Assembly (NCBI GenBank): GCA_976551045.1
Contig: CDPCPM010000021.1
Location: forward strand, 10,354,001 to 10,418,000
Origin: Glaucostegus cemiculus
Lineage: Eukaryota
DNA length: 64,000 nucleotides
Reading direction: 5' to 3'
Part shown: piece after piece, positions 49,005 to 61,590 of the stretch
How positions within the stretch are numbered: the stretch's first letter is position 1
How the letters are laid out: the number at the start of each line of letters is the position of its first letter
Notes under the pieces: model-generated
What the model saw: the letters and a program-made list of their open reading frames with translations, nothing else
The model's database searches: none
What the model was told of the DNA's origin: nothing
Position numbers and translations under genes: made by a program

Positions 49005-49170
49005 CCAAGCAACACATAAGATCCTGGAAGAACTCAGTAGTCACACATCACCTTTGGAGGGGAATGAACAGTCTACATTTCAGGTCGAGACCCTTCATCT
49101 GGACCTGCTGAGTTCCTCCAGCATTTTGGGCATTGCTCCAGATTCCACCATCTGCAGTCTCTTGTGTCTC
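49005..49170. mobile_element. Penelope-derived palindromic repeat
   Basis: GCAACACATAAGATCCTGGAAGAACTCAG..TTTCAGGTCGAGACCCTTCATCTGGAC / CTGCTGAGTTCCTCCAGCATTTTGGG. Confidence 0.75.
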
Positions 49171-49484
49171 CATCGAGGTTACTCATCTTGGCTACACCAA
49201 TAGCACCTCCCAAAATTGCAAACTCTTCCACAAGGGCAGCAGATGCGTGGGAATACCACCACTTTCAAGTTCCCTTCCAAGTCATGCACCACCCTAACAT
49301 GCTGTTCCTGCATTACTGGATCTAGATACTGGAATCCCCTCTCCTCCATCAAACAGCACTCTGAGTACCTTCATCAGAAGGGTAGCAATAGCTCACCATC
49401 ATCTTCTCAAGGGGAATTAGAGAAGGACAATAAATGCTAGCCTTGTTGGTGATGATCATAGCTCATAAATTAATTCAAAAATAC

Positions 49485-49905
49485 ATAGAACATAGAACCC
49501 TACAGCACAGTACAGGCCCTTCGGCCCACAATGTTGTGCCGACATTTTATCCTGCTCTGAGATCTATCTAACCCTTCCCTCCCACATAGTCCCCTATTTT
49601 TCTATCATTCATGTGTCTAAGAGTCTCTTAAATGTCCCTAATGTATCTGCCCCCACAATCTCTGCCAGCAGTGTGTTCATGTACCCACCACTCTCTGTGT
49701 AAAAAACTTACCTTTGACATCCCCCTTATACCTTCCTCCAATCACCTTAAAATTATGTCCCCTTGTGTTAGCCATTGTCACACTGAGAAAAAGTCTCTGA
49801 CTATCCACTCGATCTATGCCTCTTATCATCTTGTACACCGCTATCACATTCCCTCTCATCATCCTCGTCTCCAAAGAGAAAAGCCCTAGCTCACTCAGCC
49901 TATCC
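49485..49905 (-). mobile_element. CR1 3' end
   Basis: Minus ORF DRLSELGLFSLETRMMRGNVIAVYKMIRGIDRV..FFTQRVV and a (CATAGAA)n-type tail. Confidence 0.9.
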
Positions 49906-50019
49906 AATACATTTTGTCACATCCAACCAAAGCCGTGAAATGTTATAATTCTTGGAAAGTATAGATCAACTACTCCTTCACCTGCGGCCTTGATGTTTTG
50001 CCTTTGATTGAACAACAAT

Positions 50020-50720
50020 TTACAAAGTACTGGTTAGGCCACACTTGGAGCATTGTGCACAGTTCTGGCCACCACACTATTGAAAGGATGCTATTGCACT
50101 GGAGAGAGTGCAGAGGAGATTTACCAGGATGTCTCACGAATTGGAGGGCTTTAGTTATGGGGACAAGATTGGATAGTTTAAGCTTGTTTTCCCTGGAGTG
50201 ATGGAGGCTGAGGGATGACCTGTTGGAGGTATGTAAGATTCCGAAAGCCATAGACAGGGTAGGTAGTTAAAAAAAATTTCCCCCCATGATAGCAGTGTCA
50301 AAAACAAGAAGACTATGCTTTTAAGGTGAGAGGAAGGAGTTTTAAAGGGAATCTGATGGATAAGTTTTCTTTTTACACAGAGAGTGGTTAATGTCTGAAA
50401 TGCACTGCCAGTGGAGGTGGTTGAATCAGATACAATTACTAGGTTTGAGCTATTTAGACAGGTAATTAAATAAGCAAGGCATGGAAGGATATGGTCCTAA
50501 TGCGGGCGACGTTGTGGGTATGTTATGTTAGTGCCGGGAGACTTGCAGGTGACACTTGCAGGCTGCCCCCAGAACGCTCTATGCAAAAGATGCATTTCAC
50601 TGTGTGTTTCAATGTACATGTGACTAATCTAATCTAATGCAGGCGAATACGATTAGTGTAGATGAGCACAAATGGTTGGCGTGGATGTGGTGGGCCACAG
50701 GGCCTGTTCCTGTGTTGTGT
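50020..50720 (+). mobile_element. CR1 3' fragment with a nested SINE 3' piece (~50510-50640)
   Basis: TGGTTAGGCCACACTTGGAGCATTGTGCACAGTTCTGG (LVRPHLEYCxQFW-like) to the GGGCCACAGGGCCTGTTCC tail. Confidence 0.8.
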
Positions 50721-52469
50721 GAGCCTCTGGCTCAATGATTTTATGGCTCGATGATCTTCCTTCATACAGCAGCCAACATCTATCAGATGACTAACCCTGG
50801 AGTTGAGACGTGTATGAATTTCCTTAGTGAAATGAGGATCGAATAATGCATTAAAGTTATATAAAGACACTTATCAATGAGAAGGTGGAACTCTAGGTTA
50901 AGTAGAAGTTCCTGTGTGGGTAGACACCTAATGGTCACATTACATAAAATGCTCAGCCTGGTGTGCAAGCTCTTGTTTCAGGGAATAGATCCAATGGTTT
51001 CAAATGGTTCCTAGTCTCTCCCTTTTAATATTACGAGTCTCTTCAGTGTGAATACTGAAAACCCAAGGATGAGAAAATGGAAGGAATTTCAACAGGGCAA
51101 TGGGAACACAAGCTGCATTCTGATACAGCTTTCTGTGTGTTACAAGAGAGCAGGAGTTCCCCTCGGCTTCTCTGTTCTATGCTTTTGGAAGCTGAAGGAG
51201 TGAGAGATTGTATGGACACACTGTTAGATATACTGTAAATATACAGTGGCAGAAAGGGCAGACTCAGTTGTAGAAGGGAAGAATAGATGGCTGAGAGATA
51301 CTGTTTCTCCATATTGCTACATAATGTGAAAGTGAAACATTTTAGCTATAAATAAAATTAATACATTAATTAAATCTACTTATGGTTGAGCATCATGTCC
51401 TGACTTACAGTCAGTGTCATGTACACACGTAAAATGAAATGCTCCACTTGCAAGGTGGATGATTTTGCACTTGAGATAATCTTTTAACGTCACTATTTCA
51501 AGCCTTGCCATTCACTTTAGCAGAGGTTGCAGAGACATGAAAAGAAAGAGGAATGGATTTGGTGCCTGTATTGAGCAGGGATGTACACCAAAAGCAAGAA
51601 ATTGCTAGAGGATTAACAATCTAACCACCACATGATAAAGTGTGCCTTCTCTACATTGCCCTTGAGATTATAAGCATAACCTTCAACTATCCTTTTGTGG
51701 CAGCATCCAACACAATCTGTGCCGAGGGAGCTGTTTAACTTGCTAGTTGTGTTCAGGAACAATTCTAGTTGCAAGGTGTAATATTTCACATCCTCTCAGT
51801 TGGACAAATACATGATAATGCGGATGGCAGAAACTTGAAAACAGAAATTGCTTGAAACAATCACACAGCAGGAAGGACGGCGCCTGTGGTGAGAGGAACA
51901 GCTAGCGTTTCGAGTCAATGACCTTCCAATCAGTTCTCAACCCATGGATTGCTTCCCCGTTGTTTTCCCCCAGCATGGGCACACTGAGTACCTGTTGGCT
52001 GCCAACTTGGAAAGTCACCAAACATTTCTGTACTTTTAATGTCATCCTTCTTACTGTATATTCTAACACTATTTTTTCCAAATTGTTTCCCAATCCATCA
52101 GACTGTGGAGTAGTACTGACCTATTTTTCAAAGCCTTGATAGCTCTCATTTCTAAGGATGAATCCAATAAAATCTCTGAGTACAGAGCTGCTGTGATATG
52201 CTTAAAACTGGCATAGCTATCTGTAATAAACTCTTTCTGCTTTATTGGTTTGCTACAATCTCTGAATCAGTAGAAAATATAACAGTAACCAATATCAAAC
52301 CTTGCCAACTTTTGTGGATTTACTGTGAGTCTCCAAAAAATCCTCCATCTCTAAATTCACCTAAATCTGCTGTAAGCATGTGGATATCATCAACAACCTG
52401 GATTTTAATAGTCCATCTGACAGAGTGAAACCTCCCAAATGATTTTAATGTCTGATTTGAAACATTAAG

Positions 52470-52790
52470 TCATAGAGAAATACAGCACAGAAACAGGCCT
52501 TTTGGCCCATCGAGTCCATACCGACCATCAACCACCCATTTATACTAATCCTATATTAATCCCATTTTTTATTCTCCCCACATTCTCTTCACCTCCTACC
52601 AGATTCTACCATCCACCTACACAACTTACATCGGCCAATTAATCTACCAACCTGCAAGCCTTTGGGATGTGGGAGGAAACAAGAGCACCCCGAGGAAACC
52701 CATGGAGTCACAGGAAGAACTCCAGGCAGATAGCACCTGAGGTCAGGATTGAAGCTGGGTCTCTGGCATTGTGAGGCAGCAGCTCTACAA
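52470..52790 (-). mobile_element. V-SINE (HE1-like)
   Basis: ACAGGCCTTTTGGCCCATCGAGTCC..TTTGGGATGTGGGAGGAAAC..GAGGTCAGGATTGAAGCTGGG. Confidence 0.85.
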
Positions 52791-53059
52791 AAGGTGGAGG
52801 GGGGAATAGAATGCAGAATATAATGTTACAGTTACAGAGAGAGTGCTGCGCAGGCAGACAAATGCCAGGGCCATGACAAGGTGGACTAAGACGTCAAGAG
52901 TTCATCTTTAGTGTACAAGAGGTCAGTTCAAGAGTCTGAAAAGAACATTTAATTGTATTAGGCAAAGCTGCCTGAGGTTTCCCAAATGATAGTGCAGGAC
53001 TAGGCTGGGGCAACTACACCATCTGATTGTTTTAACCAAGTCCAGAAGCAGTTAACATT

Positions 53060-54050
53060 GGAATTAGAATAAGGGTTGGAAATGGGAGTAGGTCTTGGGT
53101 CAGACCTGCTTCCAGGTATTTGTCTGGTGCATTTTCAAGGATGTGGAGTAGAGGTTGGGGGGTAAGACGCCTGGGTCAAGGGTAAGGGGTCTGCGGAGGC
53201 GTAAGGGTCTTTGCTCAATGTTGGGAAGTCTGTTTCAGGGATGAGTGTCTGTGCCTGAGGCTGCTGTAAGGGTCTGGGTCTGGGCTGGGATGAAAGTGGG
53301 CACTTGCGTCTCAGGCTGGATTGGAGGTCTGGGTCCAGGGCAGGCTTATGGTTCTAGGCTGGGCTGAGGCTCAGGGCAACAGATCTGATGCAAGGGTGTG
53401 GAGCTGAAGGATAGGTCTGGGGTAGGAATTTGTGGTAAGGTTTTAGGTCTGGGGTAAGGAATCAAGTTCAGCTCTGGGATAAGGAGTAAGTCTGTAGGGC
53501 TGGAATAAGGTTCTGGCTTTGGGATAGAGGTCTGAAGTGAGGGTCTAACTAGGGATAAGGGTGTGGAGCTGGGGTAAGTTTATGGATTTGTGTCCGGCAT
53601 TGGGATGAAGGTGTGGAGATTGGGTAAGGGTCTGGGTTTCAATCAGGGATAAGGGGTAATAATTTGGGGCTGGGGTAAGGGGTAAGGATCTGGTCAGTGT
53701 CTGAGTCTGGCTGGGATAAGGAGTAAGGTTTGGGGATTACAACCTTGGGTAAGTGTGTTTGGGTGCGAAGTAAGTCTGTGGTGTGGGGTATGGGTCTAGG
53801 TTTGAGGTAAGGGTCTCAGGTAAGGGTGTGGGTTGGGGTAAGGGTCTGGGTTTGAAGTAAGCATAGATTTGTGTCTAGCAATAGGTCTGTGTCTAGGAGT
53901 GAGACAGAGCAGAAATGGGTGACATGTTGAAGACAGAAGCTGTGTCTTGGATCATGTCGGGGCTGGGTCTGATGCTTGGTCCAGAGCTGAGGTTAGGCAG
54001 GAGCTGGGTCCTAGAGATAGCACATGGGCTAGGGTTAGATCAGGGGCCAG
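53060..54050 (+). repeat. Degenerate G-rich tandem / low-complexity tract
   Basis: Recurring GGGTAAGG, GGGATAAGG, GGTCTGGG, GGGCTGGG and GAGCTG units with a strong G-over-C skew. Confidence 0.8.
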
Positions 54051-54389
54051 CCAGAGAGAGCAAGAACATTAAGGGACAAACTGCATGCTGAAAATTGAGA
54101 TGGTCATGTGAGGAAACAATGCTTTAGGTGTTAATTTATTTGGAATCAACTGCATCTCAGGCAAATGTTCAATTAGAATCTCAGTAAGAGTATGTGAAAG
54201 AGAATGCAGGGATACACAACAAAGGTGGCAGCAGCAGGTTTGGGTAACCCTTGAACACTGGGACAGATTTTGATGTGGAATCATTAGAGGTACAGGTTAA
54301 GCACAAATCGTTTATTAGATCCGTGTATTATTTTAAAAGAGACTATATTTTTACCTGCTTTAGATATTTTCAAATTCAAGAGTAAACAA

Positions 54390-54600
54390 AAATCCAGATG
54401 CTGGAAATCTGAAACAAAGATGCAGGAGACACTCAGTATGTCAGGCAGCATCTGTGGGCAGAGAGCGAAGGGATCTGCAATGTAAAAATAATTGTTTACT
54501 TGCTTTTCCAATTCTGACCAAGGGTCCTGAAATGTTTCTCTATCCACAGAAGTTGCCTGACCCACTGAGTGTTTCAAACATTTTCTATTTTTTTCCTTCA
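54390..54600. mobile_element. Penelope-derived palindromic repeat (second subfamily)
   Basis: AGATGCTGGAAATCTGAAAC..TCAGGCAGCATCTGTGG / CCACAGAAGTTGCCTGACCCACTGAGTGTTTC. Confidence 0.65.
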
Positions 54601-57600
54601 AATTCAAGAGTTTCTCAGCCCGAAACCCCAGCAGGCTAATAGGATGGTCACCTTATAAGATTGCATTTCACACAAAGGAAGATGGTTGTTGGTTGCTGGA
54701 GGTCAATTATCCCAACCCCAGGATATCACAGCAGGAACTCTTCAGGGCAGTGTCCTTGGCCCAACCATTTTCAGCTGCTTCTTCCATTATAAACTCAGAA
54801 GTGGGGATATTCATTGGTCACTGCACAATATTCAATCCCATTTGCAGCTCCTCAGCAAGTGAAGCAGTCCATGCCTCTGAAATGCACTGCCTGCAGATGT
54901 GGTGGAGGCAAGCTTCACTTTGACTTTCAAAAAGAATTGGATAAATATATGGTGGAGAAAAAATTGCAAAGCTGTGGTGAAAGAACTGAGGGTGAAAGCA
55001 GGGATTTGCTCTGGTGGAGAGCTAATGCAGACATGATAGGCTAAGCATTGCTTTCTGTAAGTATGTTACAATTCTCTCATTGTGAGATGATTCACCTCAC
55101 AATATACCTCGTCATGCCCCTTGTACTGCCTGCACTGCCCTTTCTCTGTAACTGTAACGCTATATTCTGCATTCTGATATTGCTTTTCCCTTGTACTACC
55201 TCAGTGTACTGATGTGATGAAATGATCTGTATGGATGGAATGCAAAACAAAGTTTTTCACTGTACCTCGGTACAAGTGACAATAATAAACCAATTCCAAT
55301 TCCAGTTCAGTTATAGGTCTAAATTCTGAAACAGTCTCCCTAACTGCGCTCCAGGAAAACCTCCACAGGAAAGACTGCAGCAGTTCAAGAAGGCAGCTCA
55401 CCATCACTTTCTCAAGGGCAATTAGGAACAGGCAATAAATGTTGATCTTCCCAGCAATGCCAACATCTTGAAATATGAATTAAAATAAATATGAGTACGA
55501 TCGGACATATCAGTGATTTTTTTTTGTTATCTTTCGCGTTAGAATAAGTCACTGCTTGAAGCTCCCCATGTGACAGCCCCTGAATGAAGATGATTGAGAA
55601 GTTTCAATTTAAATTCCTTTACTTCTGCACGGAATGTGTCAGATGGAGATTTAGCACAGGCTCAGCAATTTACAATTTAACAGAAAATGCTGCCGAGGCA
55701 TCACAGGCCAGTCAGCACCGCAGGAAATATCGCTCAGCCGAGTGTAACAAACCTGCCATCTCCTCACCCTCCTCACAGACCTCCCTGAGATCATCAGTTT
55801 TAGATGGCTACATTTCTCTCTCTGATTCGTATCTGTCTCTAGCCCAGGTTCCAAGTCTGCACCCACCAAAATACATAAACACATTCTCTATGTCTCTTGG
55901 CCCACCTATTCCCAGTCTGACCAACATATTCCCATCATTACCTGTCAGGTTTAGTCTTAAAAACATTTTATAGTATGTCATCAACTGCTGGTCCAATTTT
56001 TCTTCTGTATTCCTGCACAGCAGTGTTTTGTTCTGTATTCAGCTCACAGGGAGAACATGCAAACTCCGCACTGAGACATATGACAGTTCCTGAAATAGTG
56101 AAATTAATTAGGATTATCCTGAGAGAAAGGCCTCCTGAGAGAAAGGCAGTCTTGCATGGACCATGTCTTCATTACTGCTGGAATCCCACCCTCATCTCCT
56201 CACTGCTCATCAACCCCTGACGTCTTACTTCCACAACAAATTCTCTCCTGAGCTGTCAGGTGGCTGCTTCCTTTTTGGGCCAGAAAGCATCGGCGGAGAA
56301 GGAGGCAAAGTAACTGTGTATACAGTTGTTGATGAGATCCATTAAGAATTCAAGGGACCTAAATCCAGGCCAGCTCAGTCAGACATGACACACATAGTGG
56401 TTCAAAGAGAGCAAAGGAAGGATATGGGTAAGGTCACTGTCTCCAGGCATAAATAGCCATGCAAATATTAAAACCAACATTAATTCTGAATAAAATTGTG
56501 CTAACATTTTTTGTACAAATTCATATTCCTTGACTTTTCCAATTCATTCAGGAACTTTCCAATAGGGTTCAGTGGTTTCCACCACTGGATGGCAGAAGGT
56601 TTAGTCAGGAATATCCTAAGTGTGTAGGTCCACAATTCACCATTTAAAAAAATGTCCTGGCCTGATTTGATTTATTTTTCCCCATCCTCCACTTTCCTCA
56701 GGCATTCAGAATTATCCTTCCATCTTGAGTACACTTAGAAGATGACTGGCTTTAGGGATTGATTTAAATTATTGTCAATCTGCAGAATATCTTTCAGATA
56801 AAAATCAGAAAATTGTAATCAATATTATACCACAACTAAGTATTCCAATTGGGAATGACTGCACGATTTTCAACAACTCCTGACAAAGCAGGGAAAAGTT
56901 ACATGAAGAAATTGTTTGTCTGGTACAGTAATTCCTTGATTTTGCAAATTTGCACTATAAAACCATTGATCCTTTGGGGTATGTGTCTTCAATTTACAAA
57001 GCTATTTTTCAATGTAATGAATAGCATGCCACTCTCTTCTCAGAGGAATACATTGCACTGAAATGTCTATAATGCATTTCACCTAAGCCTTTGATTTACA
57101 AAATTTCATTTAACAAAATATTTTCCAGGAAACTATCCTTTTCATAAATTGAGGAACTGTTGTATTTATGCTTGAACAATAATCCAAGGAGAACGAATGG
57201 GTATCTTGTTCATCTGATAACTGGGTTACTCTAAGAAGAACATGGTGAAAAAGTCAAGATGGCTATTTTAGACAACTGGTTAATTTTAAGTCAGTTGATT
57301 GATGTCATTCCATGTCAATCCAAGACAGGCTGCTTTAAAAACAAATGACTGACTGGATTTCTCATGTTCTAGGTTTTACATGCTCTTCATTGGCACTATT
57401 GATGGAATGAAATTGCATTTGAACAGGTACAATCAATTGAGTATTAACCTGAAATAAGGAGTTATCTCTTGAACCATCAATCATGTATTCATAGCACAAT
57501 TAATATGTAGCCATTTAAATGATTACATTTCCATAAATGATGTCTCTGAAAGCCATGACAGGAAGGATGTGCTCTGGATACAAGACTTGAAAGCTGCACA

Positions 57601-58799
57601 TGCATTTACATTTATAACATATCACAAGAGATGCTGACTTTACTAATGTATTGCAAACTATGAGTGTGAATGGTGATTCATTTCACCATTATGCATTGGT
57701 GACAATTAAATACAGAGATAATTCCTTGAACTTAAAAAGCTGCTTCTAAACTTTTGTCTTTGTCGCTCAAGATTCTGTGTACAATTGTCTGGAAAATAGA
57801 TCTCCAAGGCTTTGTACATTATGCTACTTATTGTAGATGAAGAATATTTAAGGCAGAAAGTTTGGTACTTACTGCTTGATCACAAAACAGACAATTTTCC
57901 TTTCAGGTCCTCCAGACATTGAACATTTTAATGCAAGAAAAGCTGGGACATCACACATCATACAACACAAGTGAGAACAATTTTCAGGATTTTGGATCAT
58001 AAATGCAAGACCTGTGGATGGCAAGGGATACTCAGGCAGGGTCAAGATTGTAAAGCAACAGGGTTCCTTAAAGGAGACCTGTTTAAGTCTTCCACATAAT
58101 ACAGCAACCACATTGTGCTCAGGATAGAAGGAGAGAATATGTGTAGGTAGATAGATTGTTCATTATGCAGGTTGCATTGTCCTGGATAGTGGCAATGTTG
58201 GGGAAGCATTCTGGCCAATGGGAATTCAGAATGTGTCCCTTGGCTAGGAACTCAGCTTAGGTATACTTTCTTACAGTGACAATGATTCTTGCAGACCTCC
58301 ACAACCTCCATGACCCTTGCCTTCTCCACTCTTCACAGCCCTCACCCCACACATACTGACTGCCCTCTTCCAATTTAATCTGCCATCTGACCTAATGCTG
58401 TCCAACCATTGATCTGGAGCTTGCCTCCCCCTTGCCCTGCTTACTTGACTCAACCCAAACATCTATCCCCAGTAGGGGCCTCACACCATCAATCTGAAGC
58501 CCAACCTCACAGATGCCCAACCCCTTCCAATGAATCTTCCACACTAAACCTTACCCCACAAACCACCTCACTAGACTTCCAGAACCACATCCATTTCTGT
58601 TCCCTGATAACTCCTGTCTCAATGGTGATTCTACCTACTCAGTTTCCTCCTCAGACTCTGCAATTGTGAAACAGTGCATCGTCTGCCCAGTATCACAACA
58701 ACTTGTGCCTCAAGTACTACCAAATTTTGCTGTGATGTGTTCCCAATGAAGACGTTCATTGGCCAACTACACACTGTTACTAATACTTCTATTGTCTAT

Positions 58800-59345
58800 T
58801 ATTTATTGTGGTTATTGTTATGCGTTCAAGTACAGTGAGGTACAGGTACAATGAAAACATTTCTAGCAGCAGTATTACAGGCACATAAGTACAGATAACA
58901 TACAGAATATAAATTATACATAAATCATATGAAACAGTGAAGAGAGAGAGAGAAAAAAAGACTATGCAAAAACAAGGCCTTAATGCAAAAAAGAGAAAGA
59001 CACAATCAGAGACAAGTCCATGGTAGTGCTAGAGATGGTCCTTAGTGTTCCATTGCTGAGGTGGGGTTAGGGTTGTACAGAATGTAGGAAAGTAGCTGTT
59101 CCTAAACCTGGTGGTGTGAGACTTCAGGCTTCTGAATCTCCTGCCCAATGGTAGCAGCAAGAAGAGGGCATGATTTGGATGCTTGATGTCGCCTTTCGAG
59201 GCAGCACCTCCTCTTGCTGCTGTCAATGGTGGTGGGGGGGGGGGAGGTGGAGTGGGGGTTTGCCCGTGATGGACTGGGATGTGTACATTACTCTCTGCAG
59301 CCTCTTGTTTTCCCATACATTGGAATTGCCATACCAGGCTATGCC
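58800..59345 (-). mobile_element. Rex1-type LINE 3' fragment
   Basis: Minus ORF ..IKHPNHALFLLLPLGRRFRSLKSHTTRFRNSYFP. Confidence 0.8.
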
Positions 59346-59979
59346 GCATCATTCAATTTCTACACCAACCTCTTATTGCTGCTCCTGCCCTTTGTGGTGA
59401 ATGTCAGGAATTCTCTGTTTCAGAGAATTGTGGGGGCTAGATCACTGGAGTTATTTAAAGAGGAAGTAGATATATCATGGGAATTAAAGTCCACTTGGAG
59501 CTGGCACAGAAGAGGAGATGAGGCCTGGCACACATCAGCCACGGTCAAATGGAATAGAGGGGTTAAGTGGTCTACTCCTGCTCCTATTTTATGTTGTATC
59601 AAACTTTGCATGGGTTATATCCAATCAAAAACAATCGCCAGAGAATAAGATTGAGAAATTTTAAAATAATGCATTGACCGTATGTTATGTCACTCTTTTA
59701 ATTAAAAGTGTCAAATAAAAAAAAATCTTAAAAGCAGCCAACAGTATTTTTATACACAAAGGAACACATTTTGCATTTATTCATCATCTTTCATGACCTA
59801 GAGGCACTTTAAAGTCCTTCACAGCAAATAAAGTTGCTTTGAAATGATGTCACAGCTAGGAAGTAAACAAAGGTCAGCTGCAGGACTGTTTACACACGCT
59901 TCCATGCCACTTCATCCTATTACTCCAGCTCTCTTTTCATGTCTTACCAACTCAAAACAACAGTCTTTTTTCGGAACTT

Positions 59980-60034
59980 TATGACCGTAAGGCTTGGTAG
60001 TGCTAGAGGAGCACTACCAAGCCTTATGGTCATA
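59980..60034. repeat. Near-perfect 25-bp hairpin with 5-nt loop
   Basis: TATGACCGTAAGGCTTGGTAGTGCT-AGAGG-AGCACTACCAAGCCTTATGGTCATA; one G-T mismatch. Confidence 0.95.
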
Positions 60035-60739
60035 CGGTCATTATTAATGGAGACAGATATTTAGCTACTCTGAAATATTTAAACAGACAAAATATACAAG
60101 AGGGTTTGTGGGATATAGATTTGTGTATTTGTACAGAAGCAGCAAGTGATGTGAGATTATCGTTAAAAATTGGAAAGAGATAGACGACAGCTTTGCTGGT
60201 CTTAGCATGGGCTCTTTAAAAGATCTTTTACAAACTCAATGTTGACTGTGGATATATGATTATTTAATCTTTAATGAATAAGCAAAATATTTGACTTCAT
60301 ATCTCAGATTCATCCTTGGTATATAGACACAGACCCACAGCCTTTGTCAATGTTATTACAAAAATCCATATCCTAACAGCAATGCTGAGCTCATTAAATA
60401 GTGCCCACAGTGCATAATAAAAATATGAGAACTTAAGAAATAGAACTGTGTGGCCCCTCAAACCTATTCTGCCATTCAATATGATTAGGGCTCATTCATT
60501 GCTTTAGGTCTATTTTCCTGCCTGATACCTTTACTCCAAAAGAGTATATTGATCTCTGCCTTGAGTATATTCAGCTCCCGAGATTCTATCCCAGGGGTCA
60601 AGAATTTTGAAGATACGACTGTCTGAGTAAAAATAAATCCTCCTTCCAGCCTAAATGGCCAGCCATTTATTTTTGAGAATACCCCCACTGCCTGTTTTGA
60701 TTTCCCTGCCAGAGAAATTGCAAACTATTTTGCTATCTT

Positions 60740-61590
60740 CAGCATCTATCTTTTACTTTACTTTGTACACTATCAAAAACACCCTACCTGGATGCATCGC
60801 AGCTTGGTATGGCAACTGCTCCACCCAAGACTACAAGAAATTGCAGAGAGTTTTGAACACAGCTCAGCAAATTACAAAAACCAACCTCTCCTCCATGGAC
60901 TCTACCTACACTTCTTGCTGCCTCAGAAAAGCAGCCAGCATAATCAAAGACCCCTCCCTCCAGGGACATCCTCTCTCCTCCTTTCCATCGGGCAGAAGAT
61001 ACAAAACCTCGAAAACACACACCACCAAGCTCGAGGACAGCTTCTATCTTTTATCACTTGAATGGATCTCTTGTACGTTAAAGATGAATTCTTGATCTCT
61101 CAATGTACCTTGTCATGGCCCTTGCACCTTATTGTCTACCTGCACTGCACTTCCCCTAACTGTAACACTATATTCTGTTACTATTTTTCTCTTGTACTAG
61201 CTCAATTAATTTATGTTTTGAAATGGTCTGTATGGATGGCATGCAAAACTAATTGTATCTCGGTACACGGTAGTGTAGCGGCTAGCATAACACTATTATA
61301 GCGCCAGTGAGCCGGGTTCAGTTCCGGCCTCTGTCTATAAGGAGCTTGTACATTCTCCCTGTGTCTGCATGGATTTCTTCCAGGTGCTCCGGTTTCCTCC
61401 CACATTCCAAAGATGTATGGGTTAGGAAGTTGTAGGCATGCCATGTTGGCACCGGAGGTGTGGCAACACTTGCGGGCTGCCCCCAGAACACTTTACACTG
61501 TGTGTTTCGATGTACATGTAACTAATAAGAATATAACTTATCTAATCTTATCTTATGTGACAATAAGAAACCAATTCCATTTCCAATTTT
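60740..61590 (+). mobile_element. Rex1-type LINE 3' fragment with a nested SINE
   Basis: ORF ..GCIAAWYGNCSTQDYKKLQRVLNTAQQIT..IIKDPS..PSGRRY..TTKLEDSFY. The tail resumes after the SINE as TGTGACAATAAGAAACCAATT. Confidence 0.85.
61262..61557 (+). mobile_element. Full-length tRNA-derived V-SINE (second family)
   Basis: GGTAGTGTAGCGGCTAGC (A box region), GGTTCAGTTCC (B box), V-domain GGTGCTCCGGTTTCCTCCCACA, tail TCTAATCTTATCTTAT. Confidence 0.85.

Noticed and set aside
55584-55973. 129-aa ORF in non-repeat DNA
   Set aside because: No recognisable domain, a low-complexity Ser/Pro/Leu second half and no convincing splice or Kozak context.
57907-57970. Possible exon VLQTLNILMQEKLGHHTS, reminiscent of a CLEC16A segment (LQTLNIL)
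   Set aside because: The match is limited to ~7 residues, the flanks disagree and no neighbouring exons were found; likely chance.
59226-59262. Poly-proline ORF segment (TPPPPPPPP) on the minus strand
   Set aside because: A G-run expansion inside a Rex1-type LINE fragment.
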